A stretch of 64,000 nucleotides of DNA. It comes from an uncultured Bacteroidales bacterium (GTDB taxonomy: Bacteria > Bacteroidota > Bacteroidia > Bacteroidales > GCA-2748055). Position numbers and translations under genes: made by a program. The notes under the pieces were generated by a model. That model saw only the letters and a list, made by a program, of their open reading frames with translations. It did not search any database and had not been told where the DNA came from. Within the stretch, counting starts at the first letter, position 1. Every line of letters begins with the position of its first letter. Where the stretch lies: the NCBI GenBank assembly GCA_963753765.1, contig CAVWDQ010000023.1, positions 136,586 through 200,585 of the forward strand, in the 5' to 3' direction. Below are positions 50,887-60,653 of this stretch, piece after piece.

Positions 50887-52952
50887 AAGCCCTGAAATCC
50901 AATGTTCTGATTTTTGTTCTGTTTCTTTCCTTAACAGGGACAAGGTGCCAGTCGTCAAATACCGAAACACTATGGGACACATTTGGAGTGCCACACATTT
51001 TTGCTAAAACCACGGAAGAGATGTATGTGGCTTTTGCTGAGGCACAGATGCAGAATCATGCCAACCTCATTTTAAAACTTTACGGGCAGGCCCGTGGCCG
51101 GGCAGCTGAGTACTGGGGAGGCGAATACCTTGAATCTGACAAAAAAATCCAGCTATTCCAAATCCCGGATAAAGCTGCAAAGGTATATCAAGAACAGGGA
51201 AAAGAGTTCAAGGTTTACCTGGATGCCTTTGTGGCCGGTATCAATCGGTATGCTAGCAGGCACAGGGACCAGATCGAAGAACAATACCTTAAGGTACTTC
51301 CGGTGACCCCTGAGGATGTGATCGGACATACCTTACGCGTAACTTCTTTGGAATTTCTGGCTGCAGAAGACATTTACCTTGCCGGGAATGTCCTGCCCAA
51401 AGGATCCAATGCCTATGCCATTGCACCCTCTAAATCAGAAAGCGGAAACGCAATGCTGGTAATAAATCCCCACCTTCCGTGGTCTGATTTCTTCCTCTGG
51501 TTCGAATCTCATCTTAATTCACCTGGATTCAGCTCCTATGGCATCTCCCTTGTGGGCATGCCTTCCATGACCCTGGCATTCAATAATTTTCTTGGATGGG
51601 CTCACACGGTCAATCCCATTGATGCATCTGACAGGTACGAACTCACTTTACAGGATGAGGGATATATTCTGGATGGAAAGGTTTTTCCATTTGAGAAAAA
51701 GGAAGTAAGTCTGAAAGTGCTTCAGAGCGATGGGTCATATATCAATCAGAAGATAGAATTCAATTATTCAAAGCACGGACCCATTGTCGGACAAAACGAG
51801 AAAAATGCCTATGCAGTGCGCGTTGCAGGACTGGAAAACTCAGAAATTTTTCAACAGTATCATCTGATGGCCAGTGCAAGTAGCTTTCAGGAATTTGAAT
51901 CAGCCCTGAGGATGCTTCAGAATCCCATGTTTAATGTGATTTATGCTGACAGGGAAGGTAATATTTTCTATCTGTTCAACGGGAACATACCTGTTAGAAC
52001 GGAAGGGGATTTTGCTTTCTGGAAAGGCACTATTGATGGAACAGCTTCGAAATTCATATGGGATAATATCCATCCCTATGAAGATTTACCAAGGGTGCTG
52101 AACCCGCCTTCCGGATTTGTACAGAATTGTAACGATGCACCATGGACCTGTACCGATCCACCTGTATTACGTTCAGAGGATTTCCCTCCTTATTTTTCAA
52201 GTAAAGGAACTTTCCTGAGACCACAACGCGCTGTAAATATGGTTAGCAATAAACCTTCCATTAGCTTTCAGGACCTGATCACCACTAAACACAATACTGG
52301 AATGGAAGCAGCCGATCGTTTTTTAGATGATCTGCTAATGGCGGTAAATAATTTCCCGGATTCTTTAAGCCTTGAGGCAGCCAATGTTCTCAGGACCTGG
52401 GACCGGCAAACTGAAACAGACAGCAAAGGCGCCGTCCTGTTTGCCTTATGGTGGGACAGGGTACATGCATCCATGTTTGCAGAACCGTGGAACCCCGTTG
52501 AGCCCTTTAAGACTCCCAAAGGCCTCAGGGAAGAAGAGAAGGCCGTTGAATTGCTTGGGAAAGCTGCCAGCGAGATATTGAATCGCTATGGTTCCCTGGA
52601 TGTGTCCTGGGGGGAGGTATATCGCTTAAGGATAAATGACATCGATCTCCCGGCCAACGGCGGTCCCGGTGATTACGGCATATTCAGGACCCTCTACTTC
52701 GCCGAAGACAAGGACCATAAGAAAAGGGCCATAGCCGGAGAGACATTCGTGGCAGTGGTAGAATTCGGCGAGAAAGTGCATGCAGAGGTGCTTCTGGGCT
52801 ATGGGAATGCCACCCAGCCAGGGAATCCACATAGCGGTGATCAGCTGGACATGCTGTCCGAGAAAAAGTTGCGACCTGCTCTACTGACAAAAAAAGAGAT
52901 ACTCCCCTTCCTTGAAAAAAGTGAAATGCTTTATACACATGGAGAAGAATAA
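50883..52952 (+). CDS. penicillin acylase (Ntn-hydrolase, S45) family protein, AHL/aculeacin-acylase-like
   Basis: Intact 689-aa ORF with a signal peptide. It has WDTFGVPHIFA at the alpha-chain start, the GSNAYAI nucleophile context followed by INPHLPW, and a typical C-terminal beta chain. ATG 50883 overlaps the fucP stop (ATGA). Confidence 0.85.
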   Translation: MKALKSNVLIFVLFLSLTGTRCQSSNTETLWDTFGVPHIFAKTTEEMYVAFAEAQMQNHANLILKLYGQARGRAAEYWGGEYLESDKKIQLFQIPDKAAKVYQEQGKEFKVYLDAFVAGINRYASRHRDQIEEQYLKVLPVTPEDVIGHTLRVTSLEFLAAEDIYLAGNVLPKGSNAYAIAPSKSESGNAMLVINPHLPWSDFFLWFESHLNSPGFSSYGISLVGMPSMTLAFNNFLGWAHTVNPIDASDRYELTLQDEGYILDGKVFPFEKKEVSLKVLQSDGSYINQKIEFNYSKHGPIVGQNEKNAYAVRVAGLENSEIFQQYHLMASASSFQEFESALRMLQNPMFNVIYADREGNIFYLFNGNIPVRTEGDFAFWKGTIDGTASKFIWDNIHPYEDLPRVLNPPSGFVQNCNDAPWTCTDPPVLRSEDFPPYFSSKGTFLRPQRAVNMVSNKPSISFQDLITTKHNTGMEAADRFLDDLLMAVNNFPDSLSLEAANVLRTWDRQTETDSKGAVLFALWWDRVHASMFAEPWNPVEPFKTPKGLREEEKAVELLGKAASEILNRYGSLDVSWGEVYRLRINDIDLPANGGPGDYGIFRTLYFAEDKDHKKRAIAGETFVAVVEFGEKVHAEVLLGYGNATQPGNPHSGDQLDMLSEKKLRPALLTKKEILPFLEKSEMLYTHGEE

Positions 52953-52975
52953 TCCCACAATCAATACCTAAAACA

Positions 52976-55900
52976 ATGAGAAAAAAGAACAGACCCTTGT
53001 TAAGTTGCATGATTACCAATCACCTTCCCACCCTCTTTTTCATTTTGTTTTTCAACGGATTTATCGCACTTCCCGCCCTGGCAGATAAGGGTATATCTGC
53101 TGCTGCACAGGTACATACTGTAAGCGGAACGGTGCTCGATGCCGCAGACGGGTCCCCCCTGCTCGGTGTGAATATCAGTGTGAAAGGGACCACCATCGGA
53201 ACCATCTCTGATCCAAATGGCCACTATTCCATAGATGCACCCGGTGAGGATGCCATCATATCCTTTTCCTATGTGGGCTACCTGAGCCAGGAGATCGCTG
53301 TAAATGGAAGGACAGTCATTGATGTACAATTGGAGGTAGATGCTCAAACCTTTGAAGAGTTGGTGGTTATCGGTTATGGCACCCAGAAAAAAATCAACCT
53401 TTCCGGAGCAGTGGACGTAGTCAACGCCAAAGCCATCGAAAACCGCCCGGTATCCAATGTGAGTCAGGCACTTCAGGGGCTCTCTCCCAACCTGAATATC
53501 ACGGTGGGTGCTGATGGCGGAGAAGTTGGAGCCAGAATGAATATGAATATACGGGGCCTGGGATCCATCAACGGAGGAGAACCCTATGTTCTGGTTGATG
53601 GGATTGAACAGGACCTCTATAAAGTGAATCCGGCCGATATCGAAAGCATTTCTGTATTAAAAGATGCAGCTGCCTCGGCTATTTACGGCGCCAGAGCTGC
53701 CTTTGGGGTGGTACTGGTGACCACCAAAAAGGGTAGAAAGGATGGCATATCGGTAAATTATTCAAACAACTTTCCTTTCCCGCGCCAACCATCGTCCCTC
53801 ACTCGGTCAATTCATTCCGTTTTGCAGAGTACTTCAATGCAGCATGCAGGGACTCAGAAGTCCCGCTGATGTTTCGCCCGGTGATTATCGAGAATATGGA
53901 AAAGTATCAGGGGTGAAATTGATTACTGGACAATTCCTGCTCCTTTTAACCCACAGGTTGGCTAAGCTAAATGGTGCCTGGGCAAATACGGACTGGTATA
54001 AGGAATCCTATAAACAATGGGTTCCGAATAACATACACAATGTCAGTGTCAGCGGGGGAAATCAAAAAACACAGTTTTATATTTCCGGTTCCACTTACAA
54101 CCAGGAAGGATTGCTCGTGTATGGTCACGATAGTCATACAGAAATACCATAAATACCAAAGTAAATTCCATGGTATATGACTGGCTGCGATTTAATTTAT
54201 CAAGCAAATTCAGCCGGACCAAATTTCGCGTCCGAGCTATGAAAAGGAATATTCTATTATAGCCTAGCCAGCCAATGGCCCACCAATGCTCCCTATTATC
54301 CAGATGGAAACCTGTCAGGAGAAGCGACTCAGATCTGGCTGGAGCAGGGCGGGATGTACGATCAAGACCAAAATGAATATATCATGGTTCCTGGGGTAGA
54401 GATCGAACCCTTTAAAGGATGGACCATATACGCGAACTACAGATGGAAAATGAATCCCTCAGGGTACACCAACCATGAAGCAAAAGTTTACGGAACAAAT
54501 GCTTATGGCCCACCACTTCTTGAGTCGGGAACAATTGCTATAACATGTCATTCTATGCAAGCACGTACAGTTCTCCCAACATATATTCGACCTACCAGAG
54601 ACAAATTCGGAACTCACAATTTACTGTCATGGCAGGATATGAACAGGAATTGTATAAAGACAACTGGAATCTGCCAGGTATGACCTGGTCAGCGATGAGG
54701 TTCCTTCGATCCCGACAGCCACCGGCAAAGAAGAAACTGACGAGGGATGGGTCATTATTCCACAAGGAGCTTCTTTGGCCGGATGAATTATAGCTTCAAC
54801 GACAAATACCTGTTGGAGGTATCAGGGAGCTATGATGGTTCTTCACGATTCCCAGACATATCGCTAGGGCATATTCCCTCAGGATCGGCAGCTTATATTA
54901 TTTCAAAGGAGGATTACTGGAGTCCCATTTAAAAGGTAGTAAATATGTTGAAGGTAAGGGCATCTTTTGGCTCGTTAGGGAACCAGGATGTGGAAAATTA
55001 CCTCTATGTAGAACGATTGCCCTTCTTACCAATTCTTCCCTATGATCATGGAAGACGGATTGCCAAATTATGTACAGATGGCCGGGTTCATAAGTCCGGG
55101 AATTACCTGGGAAAAGGTAAGGACTTCCAACATCGGATTGATGTAGGATTCTTAAAGAACCGACTCAATGTTTCTTTTGACTATTTCATTCGCAATACAC
55201 TGGACATGCTCGGTCCTGCAGAATCTTATCCTGTGGTATTGGGAACTGAAGTCCCAAAATCGAACAATGCCAATTTAAGAACGACCGGATTTGAAGTGGT
55301 GATGGAATGGCGGGACCGGATACAGGACTTTTCCTATTCAGCCAAATTCTTGCTGGCCGATGCCACTCAACCATTACCAGTTACTACAATCCACAGAAAC
55401 TACTTAGCGGCGCTTTCTATGAAGGAGCCAAACTGGGAGAGATCTGGGGATATACAACCGTGGGTTTGTTTGAATCTGATGAACAGGCCCAGGATCCGTC
55501 ACACAATCAATCCTATTTGTCACCTGAAGTCTGGAGGGCGGGTGATGTACATTATGAGGATATCAATCAAGATGGTAAAATCGACATAGGTACCAATACG
55601 GTAGACAATCCGGGGGACCTCTCAATAATCGGGAACTCAAGCCCCAGATATACCTTCAGTGCAATTCTAGGTGCATCCTGGAAGGGATTTGATTTTAATA
55701 TGCTCTGGCAGGGGGTGGGAAAAGACAGCTTGCCCTGGACGGGTCGCTCTTCTGGGGCATCGTGGGGAACAAGTGGTGGAATATTGGTCTGGAGGAACAC
55801 ATGGATTATTGGACAGAAGAGAATACAGACGCCTACTGGGCACGTCCTTATTTTGCAAACGGGGAAGATAAAAATCATCAGACCCAAACCCGGTATCTGC

Positions 55901-56136
55901 AAAATGGTGCTTACCTCAGACTGAAATCACTGCAGCTCGGATACACATTGCCCATCAGCCTGACACAAAAAGTAAAAATCCAAAATCTGAGGATCTACCT
56001 GTCGGGAGAGAACCTGCTCACATTTACAAAACTTATTTCTGTTTTTGATCCCGAACTTACCGGTGGCTTATACGGCAGCGGAACGATGTATCCACTACAG
56101 AAAGTTCTTTCGGTGGGCCTGAATGTGACATTTTAA
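52976..56136 (+). pseudogene. susC: SusC/RagA-type TonB-dependent receptor, shattered into about ten ORF pieces
   Basis: The first roughly 800 nt are intact: carboxypeptidase-regulatory-like domain (VSGTVLDAADGSPLLGVNISVKGTTIGTISDPNGHYSI) and plug (VVIGYGTQKK, IESISVLKDAAASAIYGARAAFGVVLVTTKKG). From about 53780 the sequence hops frames, up to the C-terminus YLQNGAYLRLKSLQLGYTLP...VGLNVTF at 56136. The total length is normal (about 1053 codons). Confidence 0.85.
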
Positions 56137-56155
56137 ATCTGTAAACTGAACGATC

Positions 56156-57903
56156 ATGAGAAGATATATATACATTCCGTTTATTTGTTTATTATTCTGT
56201 GCGTTTCCTGCTCCGAAGACTTTCTTGAACGTTACCCCCTGGATGAATTGTCTCCCAATGAATTTTTCACAACTCCAAACGATTTGAAGTTATATGCCAA
56301 CAGCTTCTATACTCTCTTACCCTCCCATTCCGGTTATGGGGGTGGGACATTTTGGTCAGAAGGAACAGTGACAACCTGGTTCCTACTGTGCCGGATATGC
56401 GACTTTCAGGTATTAGGACCATTCCTTCCAGTGGAGGGGGATGGGAATGGGGCAATATACGACAGGCAAATTATTTCCTGGATCACTGTTACGATCAGCT
56501 GACCGATACCCTGGATGCAGTAATTTACATTGCCGAAGTGAAATTCTTTAAAGCATTCATCTATTTTGATTTGCTGAAAAACTTTGGGGATCTACCGTGG
56601 TTCACCCAGCCCTGGATACAGAATCGCCCGAACTATTCTCTCCCCGGCAGAGCAGATCTGTAATGGTGGATTCCATCGTCGCGTGTCTTGATGGTGCCAT
56701 TAACCCGGCCTTAAGTAGGGAGGAATCTGAACCCTTCCGGATCAATAAAGAATGTGCCATCCTTCTAAAGGCCAGGGTATGCCTCTATGAAGGTACCTGG
56801 GAAAAATACCATCAGGGAACCGGTTTTGGCGTTTCCGGAAAAGATGGTACTGATTTTCTTGCCCTGGCCGCACTGCGGCGGAAACTGATGCAGTTGGGAA
56901 CGGCAGGTCTGGATAATTCCAGCCCTGCGAATACGGCATATTGGTCCTTATTTAACCAATTGGATTATCCTGGGAATCCGGAGGTATTGTTGTGGAAAAA
57001 ATACGATGTAGGACTCGAGGTCACGTATAATCTGGGCCAGTACCTGCCAAATGCCGGTGGGGATATAGGGATCACCAAAAGTATAGCTGATAGTTACTTG
57101 TGTACAGACGGTCAACCTATCTCCACCAGTTCCCTCTTCGGAGGATACGATTCTCTTCGCTGGAGGTTCAGAACCGTGATCCGCGAATGGCTCAAACCAT
57201 TTTTCTTCCGGGTGATCTTCGAACCATCAACCGTCCCTGTGGCGGCGAAGACCTGAATTTGACAAGCCGCCCATTGACGGTGTAGGCCAATGGCGAGCTA
57301 CTACAGGCTATTGTATGTACAAGGGGGTCAACATCGAATATGCCCAGCAGGAGAGTGTGGGTTGGATGGGATCCATCGTATTCCGTTATGCTGAGGTTTT
57401 ATTGATTTATGCGGAGGCGGCGGAACTGGGCAGCATCACCCAGGGAGATCTGGACAATTCTGTAAATATTTTGCGTGACCGGGTTGGAATGGTTCACCTG
57501 GACCTGGGCAATATAACCGTTGATCCCGATTGGGAATAACCAGCTCACTCCCCGGTGATCAATGAGATCAGACGTGAAAGACGTGTTGAACTGGCATTCG
57601 AAAATGCACGTTGGGATGACCTGGCACGCTGGAGGGCCCATCACCTCATCGAAAACCAGCGACCATTGGAATTAAGTACATCGGGTCAAACCTGGAAGGG
57701 AAATACTTTGATATCGATGGAGCGGAGACCAAGCATTATTATCGGAGAAAACCTGTATGTGGAGCGGATGGATATCTAGATCCTTACCAAATATCCTACC
57801 CGATGGATTCGCATTAATCCGGAAAGAGATTACCTGTCCCCTATCCCAAGCGATGAACTGACTGTTTAATTCTGCTCTTCGCAGGGAAAATCCCGGATGG
57901 TGA
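56156..57903 (+). pseudogene. susD: SusD/RagB family nutrient-binding lipoprotein, at least six frame disruptions
   Basis: MRRYIYIPFI, then in another frame LFIILCVSCSEDFLERYPLDELSPNEFF (lipobox plus the SusD start). Later pieces are IRQANYFLDHC, YIAEVKFFKAFIYFDLLKNFGDLPW, FRYAEVLLIYAEAAAEL, INEIRRERRVELAFENARWDDLARW and RDYLSPIPSDELTV. The final frame reads NSALRRENPGW with the stop at 57901-57903. Confidence 0.8.
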
Positions 57904-57935
57904 GAGTTGGAAGAATGGATAGGGGTAACAAGTGC

Positions 57936-59592
57936 ATGAATGAAAGCAGGGCATTGCTTTTAAACTGTGCATTGGGTTTGTGTTGTCTGTTTTTAGGAAG
58001 TAGTTGTGAGAAAAGGGTAAGCCTTGATCACTTTGATTTCAGATATGCACGACCGGGATATACTGAGTTACTTCCCAGAACAGGAATACAGACATCAACA
58101 GTTCAGCAGTTATAACCGTGCCTCCGTTGCGCCGGATGGGGAAGGGTGGTTTGAGAATTTCGACATGTCCCACTTAATGGGGTCGAAACCCATCAGGGAA
58201 GAAGAGAATCTTTTTGCTTGATGCAGAAGGTCCCGGTGCCATAGTGAGATGGTGGATGACTTTTTACAAGGCCCAGCATGGAAAATTGAGGGTCTATATG
58301 GATCATGATACCATTCCTGTAAAGAAGGTGCTCCCGATGAACTTCTTAGCGGCCCCCGACTTGCCTTGCCCCCCCTGGCCGTCTCAGTTCAGGAAGGGGC
58401 CCCTCTGGGTGAAGAAGGCAGGGATTATGACCATAATTTTTATGTCCCCTGCCTTTTGCCATTCACTGCAAAGTGACCTATGAAAACGATTCCATTGTGC
58501 TGCTTCATCAGCTGGAAGGCACTTACATCGAGGAAGGATATTATTGGCCCGATGTTTTTTACAACATCGGTTGCAGACTCTACAAAAAACCTGTTGAGGT
58601 GGTTTCAGTTAGCCGAAAAGCCCTTCCAAAGCCAGGTCAAAATTGGAAGAAGCAGGAAGAATGCTGGAAGATCACCGGGTAGAAACAATGGTCGAAAAAG
58701 AGTTTAACCAGGTCCTTTACCCGGGTGATTCGGATTGTTTCCGTTCATAGAAAAACGGCCGTCAGTCAATTAAAGATGGAACTGGAGGCCATAGATATGG
58801 CTCAGGCCCTGCGTTCCGTGGTGCTAAAGGCTTCTTTTGACGGATACCAGACATCTGGGCCCCCGTGGGAGATTTTTTCGGAACAGGTTATAGCCTAAAT
58901 CCCCATCAAAGCTGGATGAACCATAGAGACGAAAAGGGAAGTATGGAGTCATTATGGCTCATGCCATTTAGGGATTCCTGTCGGCTGGTAATCAAAAATC
59001 ACAGTGAATTTCCTGTAAGTTTGAAAGGTAGCGTCGGACTTAAATCCTACAGATGGTCCTCGGGAAGCATGTATTTCGGTACGTCCTGGCACGAATATCA
59101 CCAGATCCAAGCAGAGATAAGAAGGGACTCCCTTCGATTTGAATTTCGTTAATATCAAAGGGAAAGGAGTATATGTTGGGATCGGATCACCCTGTATAAT
59201 AGTACCTATCAATGGTGGGGAGAAGGAGATGAGAAAATATTTGTGGACGGGGAAGCATTTCCTTCCAGTTTTGGGACGGGTTCAGAGGATTACTATGGAT
59301 ATTCTTTTGCAAGACCCCAAGCCTTTTCGCATCCTTTTATTTGCCAGCCGGAAGGAACAGGAAATACCAGACGGGGCCTGACAGTTAATATGCGCCATCG
59401 CTCCCTGGATGCCATTCCATTCCATTCTTCGATCAGCTCAAACATTGAAATGTGGCACTGGGCAAATGTGCCCGTCAATATAGCGCTTACCGCATACTGG
59501 TATGTAAAGGTTCCCTTCGAAGTTAATCTCAATCCCGACATAGAGTCGGTTCAACTACCTGTGCCAGAGCTAACCAAAGATTTGGAGAATGA
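57936..59592 (+). pseudogene. DUF2961 (GH172 family) protein copy, at least seven frame disruptions
   Basis: ATG 57936 (MNESRALLLNCALGLCCLFLGSSC). The pieces are EYRHQQFSSYNR, DAEGPGAIVRWWMTF, GDFFGTGYSL, MPFRDSCRLVIKN, GEGDEKIFVDGEAFPSSFGTGSEDYYGYSF and IEMWHW...TAYWY. They parallel the intact paralog at 60625-62733. One frame stops at the TGA 59590-59592 overlapping the next ATG, and another reads through to 59683. Confidence 0.7.
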
Positions 59593-60653
59593 AGCAGATG
59601 ATTGCAATATTTTCATTTTTAGTCTTCGTTGCAATGCTGTCATCTTTCGGCTGCAAAAGGGAAGAATTATTCTACAATGCTGAAGATTTTGAAACAATTG
59701 AAAAAATTGATGCTCATTTTCACTATCTCACCCTGGATGATCGCTACATGAAATTTGCTCTTTCACAGAATTTCAAAATACTAACTCCCAATTGGGATGG
59801 AGAGTATTCCATCGACGAACAATTGCACATTGCACATACCATCTGGTCAGCCTACCAGGGGGAGTTTGCCTTCTTCGGTACATTCTCAGTGGATGGATTT
59901 GGGAAGCATGATTTCGCGACTAAAACCATTTCCCGAATCGACAGCTGCCTGCAGGCAGGTGCCAGGGGAATCAAGATCTGGAAGAATATCGGCATGGTGC
60001 TTCAGGATTCATCCGGCAGGTTCGTGATGGTGGATGACCCGGCCTTTGAACCGGTGTTTAATTACCTGGAATCAAATCAGATCCCGGTCATGGCACATCT
60101 TGGCGAACCAAAGGATTGCTGGATGCCGGAAGAGGAAATGACCAACCCGTCGAATGCATATTATTACCGTAACCATCCTCAATACCATATGTACATGCAC
60201 CCCGAGGTACCCTCGTACGAAGAGCAAATTCAGGCAAGAGACAATCTGTTGGAAAAACACCCGGAGCTTGATTTTATCGGGGCTCACCTGGGCAGCCTTG
60301 AATGGAGTACAGACGAATTGGCCAAACGATTTGAAAAATATCCAAATCTCAAAGTCGATTTGTCAGCCCGAATGTACCATCTGCAAAACCAGTCAGAAAT
60401 TAATCGGGAAAAAGTCCGTGATTTCCTGATCAAATACCAGGACAGGATAATGTATGGCACAGACAATGAGGTGCATGATGTGCCAGAATCGGATCTACCC
60501 ATAAAGCTGGAACAAATACGAAATGGCTGGAACTCACACTGGATTTATTTATGTACCGACTCTACGCTGAAGGTAAAAGGTTTGCAGCTTCCTCGTGAAG
60601 TCATTGATAAAATATATTATAAGAATGCGGAAAAATACTTTAGACTGCCTTAG
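59589..60653 (+). CDS. amidohydrolase-2-like metal-dependent hydrolase (TIM barrel), lipoprotein
   Basis: Intact 354-aa ORF with a signal/lipobox (LSSFGC). It has IDAHFHY, GARGIKIWKNIGM, VMAHLGEP, IGAHLGS and MYGTDN, a pattern typical of PF04909-type amidohydrolases. Confidence 0.7.
   Translation: MKQMIAIFSFLVFVAMLSSFGCKREELFYNAEDFETIEKIDAHFHYLTLDDRYMKFALSQNFKILTPNWDGEYSIDEQLHIAHTIWSAYQGEFAFFGTFSVDGFGKHDFATKTISRIDSCLQAGARGIKIWKNIGMVLQDSSGRFVMVDDPAFEPVFNYLESNQIPVMAHLGEPKDCWMPEEEMTNPSNAYYYRNHPQYHMYMHPEVPSYEEQIQARDNLLEKHPELDFIGAHLGSLEWSTDELAKRFEKYPNLKVDLSARMYHLQNQSEINREKVRDFLIKYQDRIMYGTDNEVHDVPESDLPIKLEQIRNGWNSHWIYLCTDSTLKVKGLQLPREVIDKIYYKNAEKYFRLP

Noticed and set aside
50883-52952. Purifying selection on the acylase as the sole reason it is the only intact gene in the damaged block
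   Set aside because: The undamaged run starts about 460 nt upstream (inside fucP) and continues about 800 nt downstream (inside susC). The clean interval therefore does not track the acylase ORF boundaries.
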